In this document: positions 26,901 to 39,857 of the stretch, piece after piece | Position numbering within the stretch: the first letter of the stretch is position 1 | Layout: each line of letters begins with the position of its first letter | Source of the DNA: Tubiluchus corallicola | Lineage: Eukaryota > Animalia > Priapulida | Reading direction: 5' to 3' | Assembly: GCA_030141605.1 (NCBI GenBank) | Contig: JAQGDQ010000100.1 | Coordinates: 1-64,000, forward strand | Length of the DNA: 64,000 nt | Notes under the pieces: model-generated | Seen by the model: the letters and a program-made list of their open reading frames with translations, nothing else | What the model was told of the DNA's origin: nothing | Database searches by the model: none | Translations under genes and position numbers: made by a program

Positions 26901-29900
26901 AGACTTCTGGTTCAATATCTCATCTTAGTGGATGAGATAATCCTTGATAATAATCTAGATTCCGACCCTGACACAACATATCCAGTATACTAGTCAGTAT
27001 ATGACGCGCTGTATAAAAAGATGCTTATTTGCAATCCTATTGTAGTTGAGCTATACTGCTTGTGAGGTATGCTAATTTTATCATTGTTTCACACACGTGT
27101 ACCATGTTCGTTCCAAAATTTACACAACTTGCACTCGAGATGTCTATTTCTAGACATCTTCATTGTTATAATCTATCAGACCAGTTCTGCTCTCCGGTGA
27201 CTAGTCAAGTTAAACATGCCTCAGTAGGCTAAGCGGGACCTTGGTTAGAAAGCCCTTGTAAACTTATGATTGCATTGTCATATATAAGGTTTATTTTGGA
27301 CGACTAAACAGGTCAAGTGCTGATTTAGGTTATAGCCAGATGGTCATTTGAATGTTATCTTCCTGATTGTAATATTCTATCTCTGATTGTACATGTATGT
27401 TTATGTATAGGCATAATTCATTTACTTACCGTATCTTTTTCTGGTTATTAGACCAAAATTAAACTGGTCTATTGTAATTGCCAAACATAGCTTAGTAGTA
27501 TTCAAGTACTTTGGTCTAGTTCCCCAGAGCAGGTCACGAGAGAGGGGCTTCTAGAGAGATATTCTAGTCTTTCAAGTGTATATATATATGAATATCATAT
27601 TTTTATATATATATATGAACAACCAACAGATGTCGTATGAACCATGAGAACTTTTTGTGGTTGGAGAGTATGAACAGGTGGCTAGTTTGCATATAAGAAT
27701 CATTAAACTTTGGGAGCCGTAATATATCATTAATATCGTTGATCTTGTATAATAAATTAATAATTGTCATAATAAATTAATTTCCAGCAGTTTTAGTGCA
27801 GGTGTGTTAATACAACAGTCATTCAGAAAATCTGATATTTGAATGAGCAGATTTGCAACGGTTATACAGTGCGCATTATTATACATAATATACATGTGCA
27901 TCTATAGCTTTTCGAAAAGCAATAAGACAGTGTGCAAGGCAGAAAACAACAATTGTATATTGTAAATAATGGGCGTGCGTGTATTACCTAAGAAGCCGAG
28001 TTTCATGGTGGCATGCACAATGCCTACATGCAAGTAAACAGTCGGTCCTACATAACTGACAACTGTTCTGGATGAATAATTAAAATCAAATCAATTTTGC
28101 GGGAGGAATAATAACGGGAATTGTGTAATATGTGTATATGATGTACATGCACGCAAGCATTCACTGCATCGTAATACTTGAGGATGTACAACAATTACTG
28201 TTCGTATGAAGTACTACAGGCAATAATACTTGATTATTGTCAGTTCTGTTACATAGCTAATGTTACACTGTAACCCGCGTGAAGTAACTAAAATAATACA
28301 GAAATATACTGAAAGAAGTCTGTCAATGTTAGCCATTGGTCAAGGTTCGTTTTGGGCCCATTATTGCTGTGTGAAGTAGTACAAAAATGGCGACTCACAT
28401 GACTGCTGGGTCACCAGAGAACTTTCGGTTCACTGAGTCATTGGTTGTTACAAAAGGATGAATAACAGCAAAGCCAGTAAGCTTTGTGAATCGACTCTAA
28501 TAATAACTAATATATAGGCTTTTTATTTTCTTCCCAAGAGTGATAATTTTGTTGAAAACATGTGTCTTGTGTCGAGGCACAGGAAACAGGAACTTCGCTG
28601 AGACAACCTTACTCTTATATTGTACCCTAGCGAAGTTAGCTAACAGCTCATATTGTCTCTATGGAGCAGCAGAATTTTAGTGTTAAAAGGGGCTTGCAAT
28701 CACTTGGGCTCTAAATAATACTTTCCAGAATTTACGGGTAGCGTAATCACATTACCAGCTAGTGCCCATCCCAGCAGCGGAAGCATAACGGGGCAGCATA
28801 ATATATACTTCAACAATGCATAATTACTTTCCTGTGGGTAACGCTTCAAAATTTTGATGAATAGAAGGACTGCCTATTTACTAGTATTTAGGATTATATC
28901 TAACACTGAATATTAGTTGTGCTGATACTCCATTAGTCCATTATCATATTCAGCGATTTCATTCAAGCGAAAAATGTAGATCCAACTAACTGCTTTTCTA
29001 TTTAGCAAGAGTTTTTCCTAGTCGCGACGCATAATTTACAATATACGTAAGCATAACAATTTCGTAGGCTATGCGGGTGAGGTAATTAAATTTTCTGAAC
29101 AGAATCAGTCTTATCGTCAGCATTGAGCCGCATAAACTGATTATTTGGAAATTTGGATTAACTCTATAACTGCACGTGACTCATTGAAGAAGCTTCATTA
29201 AGAGCGACCTTGAAATCAGACATGGCATTTTGAAGAAAATTCAGGCATTAAAGACCTAGAAAGGGACAGCAAAAATGGTGTAGATGGAACTACAGCAGTG
29301 TAAATTATGTTGCATTCATTAAGGAATAACCGAACTTCTCTAAGTTTTTTACCTGCCTACTTGAGCTATCAGTATACATTTAAAATGAAATTTATGCTTC
29401 TTCAGCTGACATTGTTGCAACGTGTGCTTTTGCCTATCGCTTTATCGTGTTTGTATAGTTTTTACCGGGCTCTTTCAAAATACATTCAAATTTTTCGAGC
29501 GCCGTTTTGTGGTAATGGCGTCTTGTCGAGTCTGCTAAGCTGCTTCTGTGTTGAAAAGCGTCGCCCGCTCAGTCTACTGGATTTTATTCTGGAATTACTT
29601 GAGTCGAAGCTTCCAGTAATTATTATTATGTATAGCTACCATTGATTGCTATCCAGTATGTAATTCAAGTTAAAATTAGGCGCAACAGCCGTATTTTAAT
29701 CTGTCTCGGATGACTCAAACGCTGGCTTGTTTTTACGATCATCTTTATGATTTCTGTATTTTATCTCTGGTAATGTTCTCAGAAATTCCAACGAGAACAG
29801 AATTAAAATATGCTTTTGAATAACTGCACGTTACGAAACGAGCCGATTAAAAAAGTCGGAGGCCTTTGACAAATCGCGGCGTAAAAGAAGAATTAGAAAA

Positions 29901-30444
29901 TTAGAACGGTTTAATTAGAACCAGTGCTTCTTGAGTTACGCTAAGTAATTTTGTAAGTAATTTTTAGTAATTGTTCCAATTTTTGTCATTAACTACCCCA
30001 AAGTGCCAAGCATTGGTTTACATGCATATTGAGCTTTTCTGTCCAGTTTCCTGGATATGTCATTTAGAATGTCATTTATTGATATGGTGGATCCATTTTT
30101 CGTAAGAATTTAGAATACAGTGTAGCTGTATTGTGACCTCACAATATAAAAAATGGCTGAAAAGTTATGAAATGAGCCAGACTAGCATCACGGTGAAATA
30201 AACAGCTTTAGCAGCGGTTAGCCCAAAAAAACTATTTGCATGTTTATATGTGAACATTGTTATGTTATTTTGCATATCACAGTTTCACAAATACACTCTT
30301 CGAATATATTTTGCGACTTAACCATGAAGATGGACTACGTAACTAATAATTATTGGCAACTTTGCCTAAAAGTTTAATAAAGTTTAATAATCAACATTCT
30401 AGAGCAAAAGTATTTTCATCATTATGAATCATTTATTTCAATAC

Positions 30445-30640
30445 CAGTTACTGACTGACTATTTTGTTGACTGACCAAATGACTGACAGACTGACTAGAC
30501 TCACTTACTGACTCACCCAGCCACTGACTGAGGATTAATTGATAGATGCAATGATGAACCGTCAGACCGACAGACTGACCACTGCGTTGACTTATCCACA
30601 CACTGAACCTGCGATTTACTGATAGACCAAGCAACTAACC
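30445..30640. repeat. Degenerate (GACT)n tract
   Basis: Repeated ACTGACTGAC/GACAGACT units. Confidence 0.7.
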
Positions 30641-30782
30641 ATTTTATTGCAACAGGGATCTCAAGTTAAAAGCAGCACGATCAATAAATATCTGAAAAAG
30701 CATTGTTTAAAATTGTTCTGAGATGCATATCAAATTGTTAGTGTTTGCTGTTCTCATTTGTTAAACAGTATTTATTTTCTAG

Positions 30783-30945
30783 TTTTCAGAATATGCTGAA
30801 AAATGGTTGAGAAACTCGTTGTCGGAACCTAGCTACACGTACACCGTGTTCGCTCCAACCAATGAAGCTTTTGAAAGATACAAGATCCAGAATGGTGATA
30901 ATACAGCATCATTGGATACATTTGGATTGTGGAATTATCATTTGG
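30783..30945 (+). CDS. fas1: Fasciclin-1-like exon 2
   Basis: FSEYAEKWLRNSLSEPSYTYTVFAPTNEAFERYK...WNYHL; ag/gt boundaries. Confidence 0.92.
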
Positions 30946-31016
30946 GTAAATTTAATGTTTTAAATCACAACAATTATTTTATTCAAATACATGAGGTTTC
31001 GATTTTCTTGGTAGTA

Positions 31017-31025
<9 letters not shown>

Positions 31026-31083
<58 letters not shown>

Positions 31084-31092
31084 ATATATATA
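31026..31092. repeat. (AT)n(AG)n(AT)n microsatellite
   Basis: Directly visible. Confidence 0.95.
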
Positions 31093-31566
31093 TGCTTGTA
31101 ATAAAACTTTGTATATATGTTCATTGTGTTACAGAGTTTACCTTTGGTTTATAATTACAGGCACATTTGATAATTATCAAGAAGATCGAACCGTATGTGT
31201 TTGAATAAAACAATTGTAAATTTAATGAATCTGTTTTTTTACAAGTAGCACCATTAATAAGACGAATTTTTCAAAAAATGGATTTTTATGCATAAGTTGT
31301 TGCATACTAGGTGGTTCATTTGTAGATTTCCATTTTCCCTCATAACATACTGTCATAAATATGCTGTTCCCTATAAATGCCTTCTCCATAGCTAGAAATC
31401 AAACAGAATACAGTTCCGTTTGTATGTTACTCTTGATTTTTTTCAGTGCATTGCTAATGTTTAATTATTGTAGCCATTTGTATTCCAGTTAAACTGTGAT
31501 CTTTGAGTGTCTTACCACTTTTCGTGTTCTATAACACATCCTTGATTACTTTTTGCATGTTTCTAG

Positions 31567-31769
31567 TTAACAAGAAATTCACCAGGCAGGATTTTGTCAA
31601 CAGTAATAACCACAGTATTTTTACCTTGGCACCTAAATCTGCTCCTATCTGGATTACTGTATCTGAACAGCAACAGCAGCAGCAACAACAGTATGGTGGT
31701 TATAATAGAGGACAAGACCAGAGACAGGTCCAGCCACCTGGTGCTATCAATGCAAGCTCCACTGAACAG
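31567..31769 (+). CDS. fas1: Fasciclin-1-like exon 3 (contains a poly-Q insertion)
   Basis: VNKKFTRQDF...APIWITVSEQQQQQQQQYGGYNRG...STEQ|gttggt. Confidence 0.85.
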
Positions 31770-31876
31770 GTTGGTGATTCGCCTGCATCATTTTCTGCAG
31801 ACATTTGGTTTCAGACTACACCTATGTATTTCCATTTGTATTATGTATCTCTACATTGTTTTTCCTTTCTTTGCAG

Positions 31877-32040
31877 TATTGCATATATGCAAATCAAGGA
31901 AAATTAGCAGATGAACAAACTGTGGCTTCAAATGGCATTCTTCACAAGATTGACCGTATTCTGTATCCTATGGGAATTGGTGAGACTATATGGGGCTTCA
32001 TTGAGGATGTCGACAACAACTATCCACACTATTTACTTTC
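31877..32040 (+). CDS. fas1: Fasciclin-1-like exon 4
   Basis: YCIYANQGKLADEQTVASNGILHKIDRILYP...|gtgagc. Confidence 0.92.
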
Positions 32041-32282
32041 GTGAGCATTTGAATGCATATATTTTTTTCTTGCTTAATTAAATAGTTTTGAAAAAATTTG
32101 GAAAACATAAGGTACGGTTGCTAATTAGCTTTTATCAAGACTAAGAAATTTTCTTACTACTTTTTGGATTTTCTCCATTCACTTTTAGACATGTATCTAT
32201 TTTTTTATATATTTATATATTATACATTTATATATGTACACATATTGTTGTATGTTTAATATGTTATTATTTTGATTTGCAG

Positions 32283-32448
32283 AAATTTAAAACTAATGCC
32301 ATCTACAATAAGATTGGCTGTTAACCAGAAAGGAACTCAAAGGGATCCTGTTAAATTTACAGTTTTTTTGCCCAATGATAATGCTCTTGATTCTTTATCA
32401 GCTGATGCAAAAAGCTTTCTTCTAAGTGACATTCAGCTGTACACCAGA
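32283..32448 (+). CDS. fas1: Fasciclin-1-like exon 5
   Basis: NLKLMPSTIRL...KFTVFLPNDNAL...LYTR|gtaagt. Confidence 0.92.
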
Positions 32449-32845
32449 GTAAGTATGTATGTTAAGACATACTGCTAAATTGCAATTAATTAACAGACAT
32501 CTTGTCATAATGTTTTCTTATGACTAACTGAAGTTACAAGCTTTACAGGAATTCAACTGTAATCATTTGCTACATATACTTCATTGCTATTGAACATATA
32601 CTAGTACATCATATTACTTGCATACTTAACCATAAAAGGTAAGGTGCCTATGTACCACAGACTACCAGTTAAATCAAAATCAATCACGTATGCAATTGAG
32701 AAGTATGTCTGGGCATTTCTTATTAACAAAAAAATTCTAAATGCTAAATTATCATTTTTTAATTGCATATAATTAAATTAAGTTTTATTGAGTACTGAGT
32801 ATAAGTACTGACTGTTTTGCAATTTAGTTGTAATGTTAAGAAGAT

Positions 32846-33204
32846 CAGTGACTTAGCTAATAGGGAAGCAAGGGGGGGTAAACCGCTCCCCGAGCACATT
32901 TTTCAAATTGGCACTTTTTCAACAGTGCCAATTTATTTGTATTTTACGTTTAAAATTTAAATAACACGCATGTTTTTATTACGTTGAAGAATTATGAGCT
33001 TACTGTAAAACTTTTTATTGTGTGTTAATATTAAATGCAAAATAACAATTATGTATTTCCTTAAAACTGCATCTTCTTTGTGTTTTGATTTTAAACACAA
33101 AATTAAATTGTGTAATCAATGCATTAAAAATTGTTTGGTATGTGTCACGTCGCCTTTTTTTATGTGCTTGCTCCTCCTAACTTTAAAACCTGGCTACGGC
33201 TCTG
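32846..33204. mobile_element. Degenerate hAT-type MITE in an intron
   Basis: Ends CAGTGACTTAGCTA and TGGCTACGGCTCTG are imperfect inverted repeats; flanks AAGAAGAT and ATAAAGAT resemble a decayed 8-bp target-site duplication. Confidence 0.55.
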
Positions 33205-33449
33205 ATAAAGATGAAGAAGTGTAGAAATTTGGTTAAATGACATATTTAATGTAGTAATTATCATCAAGTATTTTTTGCTATTAAATATTTTATAGGGCAA
33301 TCTTAAATAACATTTGCGATTTACTACTGATATGATGTTTTTTTTATCCATAGTTGTGTTATAATGCAAAAAGTAGAGCTTGTTAACAATAATTATTGGT
33401 TGGTTTGATGTACAAACAACAATAGTGATTTTAATCCTCTTTTTTATAG

Positions 33450-33597
33450 ATTATGCATGCACATATGATAAAGGACTACGTTGTTTTTGACAATCTCATG
33501 GTGAAAGGACAAGTGTATGATGCTTTCACCACACAAGATAGAGTTCAGCTTCACTTTGACAGAAGAGGGAATGAAACAGGAGATGAACCTCTTCAGT
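33450..33597 (+). CDS. fas1: Fasciclin-1-like exon 6
   Basis: IMHAHMIKDYVVFDNLMVKGQVYDAFTTQDRVQLHF...EPLQ|gtaaga. Confidence 0.9.
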
Positions 33598-34023
33598 GTA
33601 AGATATAGACAACATGAGATACCAGTTGTTACTTTGTGAATAACTTCTCATTTTCTCACATTTTTGTCGAAAAAAAAATTAAAATGAAAATCAAGTCAGT
33701 TTTTAACAATTTTGAAGATTCTGTGGCTGTTTACTAATGAAAATGTTCCTTATAGTAAAAATTCAATGCAATTGACATAATAAAATATTTGTTTTATATT
33801 TTTATAAATGCATTGCCAGCAACTTTGTGCCAAAGAAAGATAATGCTATCTAAGTACACTACAGGCTTTAATGTCTATATAACAACTATATAACTAATGT
33901 TTATATAAAATTTTATCTCTATAACAACATGTTGTCATTGTTGACGACTTTTGGCAGTATTACTATTTAAGAAGTTTTGCTTTCCTTCTGCTAAATCTAT
34001 TGCAGTGTCTATTAATATTTCAG

Positions 34024-34201
34024 ACTATGTGGCTTCAAGCCTAACAACGTCCACTAGTGGTTTAATGGAGGGTGATGTGTATGCAAGAATTGTCACACCA
34101 AACATAGCTGTAGAAAATGGAGTTGTCCACATAATTGACACAGTGTTAGCATTAATCTACAGAAATGTTGAAGAAACCATGCAAAGTCACAAAAATATGA
34201 C
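34024..34201 (+). CDS. fas1: Fasciclin-1-like exon 7
   Basis: YYVASSLTTS...GDVYARIVTPNIAVENGVVHIIDTVL...|gtaagt. Confidence 0.93.
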
Positions 34202-34376
34202 GTAAGTTTCTATTTAGTTTCTATTTAGAGTTACTGTAAAATCATAATTATGAATAGAGAAACTAGGCTGTTTTTGACATAAACATTATTTTTAACATAA
34301 ATAAATTGGAAAAACATAAAAATACGTGGAGAAAAAAACATTAATGTTGCACAAGAATGGTATAAATATTTTTCAG

Positions 34377-34539
34377 TATGGTCTGGACAGAAATTTTTAT
34401 GAAGTCCTTCATGAAAGAACTACGTGATGTGGTCAAGCTGGGTGATGTTACTGTGTTTGTTCCTTCAAATTATGCTTTTGAGAAAGTGCCTGAAAATAAG
34501 CTCAGAGAGTTTCTGTCAGCTGAATCAATGGTTTACAAA
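34377..34539 (+). CDS. fas1: Fasciclin-1-like exon 8
   Basis: MVWTEIFMK...DVTVFVPSNYAFEKV...VYK|gtaagt. Confidence 0.92.
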
Positions 34540-34668
34540 GTAAGTTTTTGTTTGAAAAGCACTTAACATTACACTGGTAAAATTCTAAAATCTAACTTTA
34601 GCAAATTCATTGTGGGAAAGTTAAATTCATTATATAATAGGCCTTTCACAGTTTCGCTATGTGCATGC

Positions 34669-34921
34669 GTCAAAGGTTAAGTGAACCCCAGCAACGCGTC
34701 TTGAGTACAGCTGCCATGTGACATGAGGGCAAAGCCATCTGCCGCATCAGTTCAGTTTTACATGGACTTTACTTAATCATGCATTAGTCTGTGCAATGTA
34801 GCATGATTTACTAGCATAAGTAAGATTCTAGCTAGCTGTTAAAACTGTTACTATTACACTAGCTTGGGTTGAGAGTGTTAAGTGTACATAAATGTGTTGT
34901 CTGGTTCACTTAACCTTTGAC
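34669..34921. repeat. Intronic 19-bp perfect inverted repeat (MITE-like)
   Basis: GTCAAAGGTTAAGTGAACC (34669-34687) versus GGTTCACTTAACCTTTGAC (34903-34921). Confidence 0.85.
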
Positions 34922-34976
34922 CTTTTCATAATCATCATCAGTTGCTGAAGCTGTAAAAAGGCAATTTATTTTATAG

Positions 34977-35103
34977 TTAATGCAGTTACACATTTCCAAT
35001 GGCAAAACGTTTCTACGCAACCAAGATAACAGCACATTGCTGACAACGCTGAATGATGAAAAGAAACTTCGATTTATGGTTACTGAAAATAATAACGCAA
35101 AAA
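34977..35103 (+). CDS. fas1: Fasciclin-1-like exon 9
   Basis: LMQLHISNGKTFLRNQDNSTLLTTLNDEKKLRFMV...|gtaagt. Confidence 0.9.
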
Positions 35104-35469
35104 GTAAGTAACGTTTTTGGTGCAAAGATATTAAATTAGTCTGTCAAGTATGTCTTTGTAAGCTCAACATTACAGTTTATTGTGCTTTATAATTTTGTGG
35201 TTTTTTATTTGTTATTGCAACAGGAAGACCAATTACACATGTCTTAAAAGGTATGATAAGTGTGGACTTGTTGTTGTGAGTAGAAACTAATTAGTTACAC
35301 AGTGGATCTTCAGAAAAAAAACATGTTTCCATTTAATAGAATCTATAGGATGAAGCTAATTTGTGCTTCGTTAAGTTTGTTTTGTGTTGTTTTTCATACT
35401 GTAAATTTTGTCCATGTGTTCTTTCATGTGTGAAAGGCCTGTTGACAGCATTTTCTGTAATTTTTTAAT

Positions 35470-37020
35470 GCACCGTTAAGTCGTGCAGCCAACGCAAGTA
35501 CAGCGCTACAGATTCCTCGCTCCGGAGTATACCGATTCTTAATGAACCCCTCATGCCCACTGAAGTAGAATCTCAGTTAAATAGATTAAGCATTAGCAAG
35601 AATGCCAGCAATGATGAGCTTCCTCCAGGAGAGTTAAAGTTTGTGCCAAATCTATTAATTATATTTCTGACATTCTAGGGTTTTTATTAGTACAATTTAT
35701 CCAGAATTAAGAAGAGATTTCACGATATTTAAGAAAGTTGATCATTTGAATTCCAGTAATTACAAGGGTATTAGTATCCATTCTCCACTGCATAAGATAT
35801 ATATAATAGTGTTTTAAATAAAAGATTTGCGGTGTGGTTTACCCCAGATACTCAGCAAGTAGGAGGGCAGCAGCCTCGTGGCTGTGATGAATAGGTCTTT
35901 CCTGTTAGATTCATAATTGATGCAGCAAGAAAGATGAAGAGTATGCCATGTGTTATCTTTTTATACTATGTCAAAACTTACGACACTGTAAATAAGCAGG
36001 AGCTATTGAACAACCTCTAAAAATATGAATGTGCTAGTTGTTTGTTGTCAGCTTTAGGAGAAGGCCTGAGACACAGCAGAGAAGTGCTTGGTAAAGGTAT
36101 CTTCACAGCTATAAAGGTACTAGACAGGGAGGTTCAACTGGTTATTTGTTATTTACCATTTTTATTAATGACACAGTTAGGTTTGTCAAGAGATATGGAT
36201 AAGATTGATATTTGGAGTCTCTGCATTTGTTGCTTTTAATGGATAACACTTCCATTCTGGCCTCTAACCACCTCCAGAGAGGCAATGGAAAGATTATAGA
36301 GCTGTTATCTACACTTGCTTTCAAACTGCTCCCCCTGATCTAGTGAGTCTGAATTTTTAACCGTGGTTACAGCAGAAGAAGGGAGCTTTCAAAATGGTAA
36401 CAATAGTATTACAATTTGGTGTAAGTCTGTCTGGGGAACCCCCATTGCTAATACGAGTATTGCAGAGCAGGGAGAAAAGCACGTACAAGTGAAAAAACTA
36501 GTGCTTGCTTAAAATCCAGATGCATCATTCCAGAGAAAAAATTATGGCAAAGGACTGCTATGAATTCTGTGACAATCCAATGAATCTTAGTGCACGAATA
36601 AATTGAATAGGTATGCAAAAAGCTAGATTCTGTGAAATCACTTTTGGATGTTTGCACCTAAACCTGCAATGAAATTGCTCATTTGCAAGGTGTAATTACA
36701 AGCAAACAAGAAAGATTTTTGCAGAAGTTTCGTGCTCAAACCTATAGTAAAACGTTTCCATTTCCCAGAGCCACATATATACCTGATTTCCCCATGTGAC
36801 AAGTTACTTTCATTTATTAGAGAGGAGAGTAGCAGTGCATTTCACAGCCTGAATTTCAAAAAACCGTGTTTACCATAATCAGATGTAGTTCTCATCAATT
36901 AAGCATTGAAGTTGATAGATGGTCGAGAATTTTGGTGGAAAATAGTCTTTATTAAAAGAATGCAGAGGGAGGTGAAATGCAATTTTGTTTGTGTTGCTAC
37001 TTAAATGGTTTGCCTACAAC
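35470..37020 (+). mobile_element. Heavily degraded RTE/RTEX-like non-LTR retrotransposon in intron 9
   Basis: Fragments LNEPLMPTEVESQLNRL..KNASNDELPPG, FTIFKKVD..SNYKGISI, RQGGSTG, LHLLLLMDNTSILA and RCSSHQLSIEVDRWSR match RT motifs and the C-terminal SSH.L.IE.GRW motif; many stops and frameshifts. Confidence 0.8.
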
Positions 37021-37676
37021 TAGTTTTTTTTATTTTTTATTGTAATTTTTATTTTATTTTTGTTCTAAAACAGACGTTACTAGAAATGAGTACTTATTTT
37101 ATGGGCCAAATGCACTCAATGTAATTTTCATGCACCATACACTTGTAATGAACTTACAGTTGACAAATGTCAGTAAATGAGTAGTCTAAATCTAACCTAG
37201 GCTAATTTATCCTGTTGTTGTGCTTTAACTTAATAAGGTGAAACTTGTTTTAATTTCTTAAAATATGAATACTATACTTAAAATCTACAAATTTAAGTAC
37301 CTTCACAAAGTACCAAGTTCATTTTAATTAATACCTCTGCATAAGTAACAGTAATTGCTTGGCTATCATATCAGTAATTAAAATATAAATTGCTAATCCT
37401 CTTTTAGTTTATCTGTCAGGTTTAATCAATGACGGGTTTATCGCCATGTTTTGAATCAGTTGAAATTACTATTCTTTTCTTTTGCAATTATCATGAAGTT
37501 GGTATTTTTAAATCATGATCAGATCAAATCATGATGATATTTGATTATATTTGTTGTCATTTGTTTCTTTCAACATACTATATTAAGTATATGACTGCAT
37601 AATGACATTTTTTTATTTCAGCTGGTGATACCTAGTTTTATGACTAAAAATCAGCCTTATGATTTGAATTTTGCAG

Positions 37677-37821
37677 CTTTTTATGTAAATGGAGATGGAG
37701 TATGGGGAGAAGTTGTGCAGCCTAATCTTGGTGCATCAAATGGTGTGATCCATCTAATAGATTCAATTCTCGGTTTTCCTTATCAAAGCATGTATGAATA
37801 CAGTGAAAGCAATTCTCTTGA
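37677..37821 (+). CDS. fas1: Fasciclin-1-like exon 10
   Basis: FYVNGDGVWGEVVQPNLGASNGVIHLIDSILGFPYQSM...|gtaagt. Confidence 0.93.
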
Positions 37822-38310
37822 GTAAGTTCTTGTTGTAAGGAGTAAGAAGGAGCAGGTGCTTTCTAATCTTCCTCTTATAGGTGTCCACCATAACTGATAA
37901 CATCATTTTTTAACTATATAAATGCAATTGAAAAAACACATTTGTAAATTTTGAGAACCCTGTGAAAATTTAGGGAACAACATCACTCAAGGTAAACACT
38001 TGAACCATTGAAAAACTCTTAACACAATTCTATGGGCTAACAATGATTCTCAAAATACAAGGTACCAGTACTGTTATGTGCATAAAAGCAGGCAAATAAT
38101 GAATTAATTTTGGAAACATCTAGAGTATTTTGGTCTATAGCTATTTCATCGTCTCCGTTCTTTACAAATTGTACTTCTTTACAAATAGATGGTTTTCACT
38201 TTCAATCACTTGCGTCCTTGGCAGATGTATTGAATCCGGTTTTTTGCACATGTCTTGATTTTACTTGCTTATTTTGCATCTTGATTTCATTTGCTTATTT
38301 TGTTTTGTAG

Positions 38311-38482
38311 AGAATTCCATAGACTTCTGTTAAGATCTAGTCCTAAACTTGCTCAGTATCTTGAAATAGAGGATGAGCAGTTGACAGTGTTTGCACCGAA
38401 TAATGAAGCGTTTTTAGAAATATACAGAAGCAACATTGATGACTACAATAAACTAACTGAGAGTAATGATGTTTTTGAATCA
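38311..38482 (+). CDS. fas1: Fasciclin-1-like exon 11
   Basis: EFHRLLLRSS...QLTVFAPNNEAF...VFES|gtaagt. Confidence 0.93.
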
Positions 38483-38864
38483 GTAAGTACCATATGATTC
38501 ATTTTAAGTGAAACGGTTATCAATACAGCTTGAAGAATACCCCTTTCTAATTATATGTTAATTATTTTGTTTTAATACAGTAATAATATAAGAGATAGTG
38601 AATCTATCAAGATATCCTGACTGATGATTAATGGCACTTTATGGTGCTGTCTTAAATACAATGTCTCATTAAATTTTATGGACTAACTGCAACCAAATTA
38701 ATAGGAATAAGAGTTGTAGATATTATTAATGCTGCTAAATTTATGATTGTTTAATTAACTCTGACAACTTTTCAATGACTTTCCTATAGAATTTATTATA
38801 TTCTTTTGTAGTTGGTAAATCACTTAAAATATGAAGAAAAAAATTACATAATTTTTATGCACAG

Positions 38865-38988
38865 GTTATGGAAAACCATATCGTTCATGGAAAAGTGATA
38901 ACTTTAGATGACCTGAGAAATGACATGCAAATAACAACAATGAATGGCCAAACATTGCTGTTACGGCAAGATGGATATAATTTAGATC
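38865..38988 (+). CDS. fas1: Fasciclin-1-like exon 12
   Basis: VMENHIVHGKVITLDDLRNDMQITTMNGQTLLL...|gtgagt. Confidence 0.92.
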
Positions 38989-39857
38989 GTGAGTAGAAAA
39001 CTAAGGGCAAAATAATTCACTCATAGTGGCATAACAAAAGAGAATTTGGCATAATCTTTCTTAAAAAAATAACTAAAAAGCTATAAACAAGATTAATATG
39101 ATACTAAATAAATAAAAATTTGCAATGAGATGTAAAGGTCAAATGCAATAAATGTTCCATAACTAGGTTTTTTGATCACGAACTCTTAAAAGTATAGTCT
39201 ATTGTGCTAATAGACCTCTATTTGTTTAGTACAGGCCCTAATTTAAAAGCATAACACAGTCAGGTAACTTTTTCAAGCAGTTCTGGAATTTATAAGCTAG
39301 GATCTAGAATAACAAGACCTTCTTAATAGCTATGTGGTGGAACTGAGACCTAGCTCATTATCAAGGTTAACCCTATGATATCTGAGGTATGCACACATCA
39401 TCCTTCTATGAGTTAAACAGTCAGAAAAAATTTATACAGTAGTCACAAATCTTTTGCTGACCAGCCTGGCTTACTGAACTTGTGCACCCAAACAAACACT
39501 GTGACCATTCAACTATTATCTCACTCCAAGATATGTTTCAAACAATTTCAGACATTGTTATGTGTTGTCGTTATGTATAACCCCATGCAATAAAAAAGAA
39601 AGAACCATGGTGGGTAACTACATTGTTCCATTTTGTCGCATATATATCTTACTATAGTTTCTGTGCAGACTTTTGAGACCTCACATTTTTCCTTACTTAA
39701 ATTGACTTTTTCTGGCCACCACTGCCTTGTTTCAAGTTATCTTTGAAAAGCAAAGTAAATGAAGCATTCTCTATCTCTCTTAATTTTTTACCTTATGAAA
39801 AAGAAAAGCCATTAATTTTTGTATAATTATGTAACAAATTTTTGGGATTGCTTTTAG

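Noticed and set aside
37622-37676. Alternative upstream acceptor for fas1 exon 10
   Set aside because: Gives an in-frame TAG within a few codons in the phase required by exon 9
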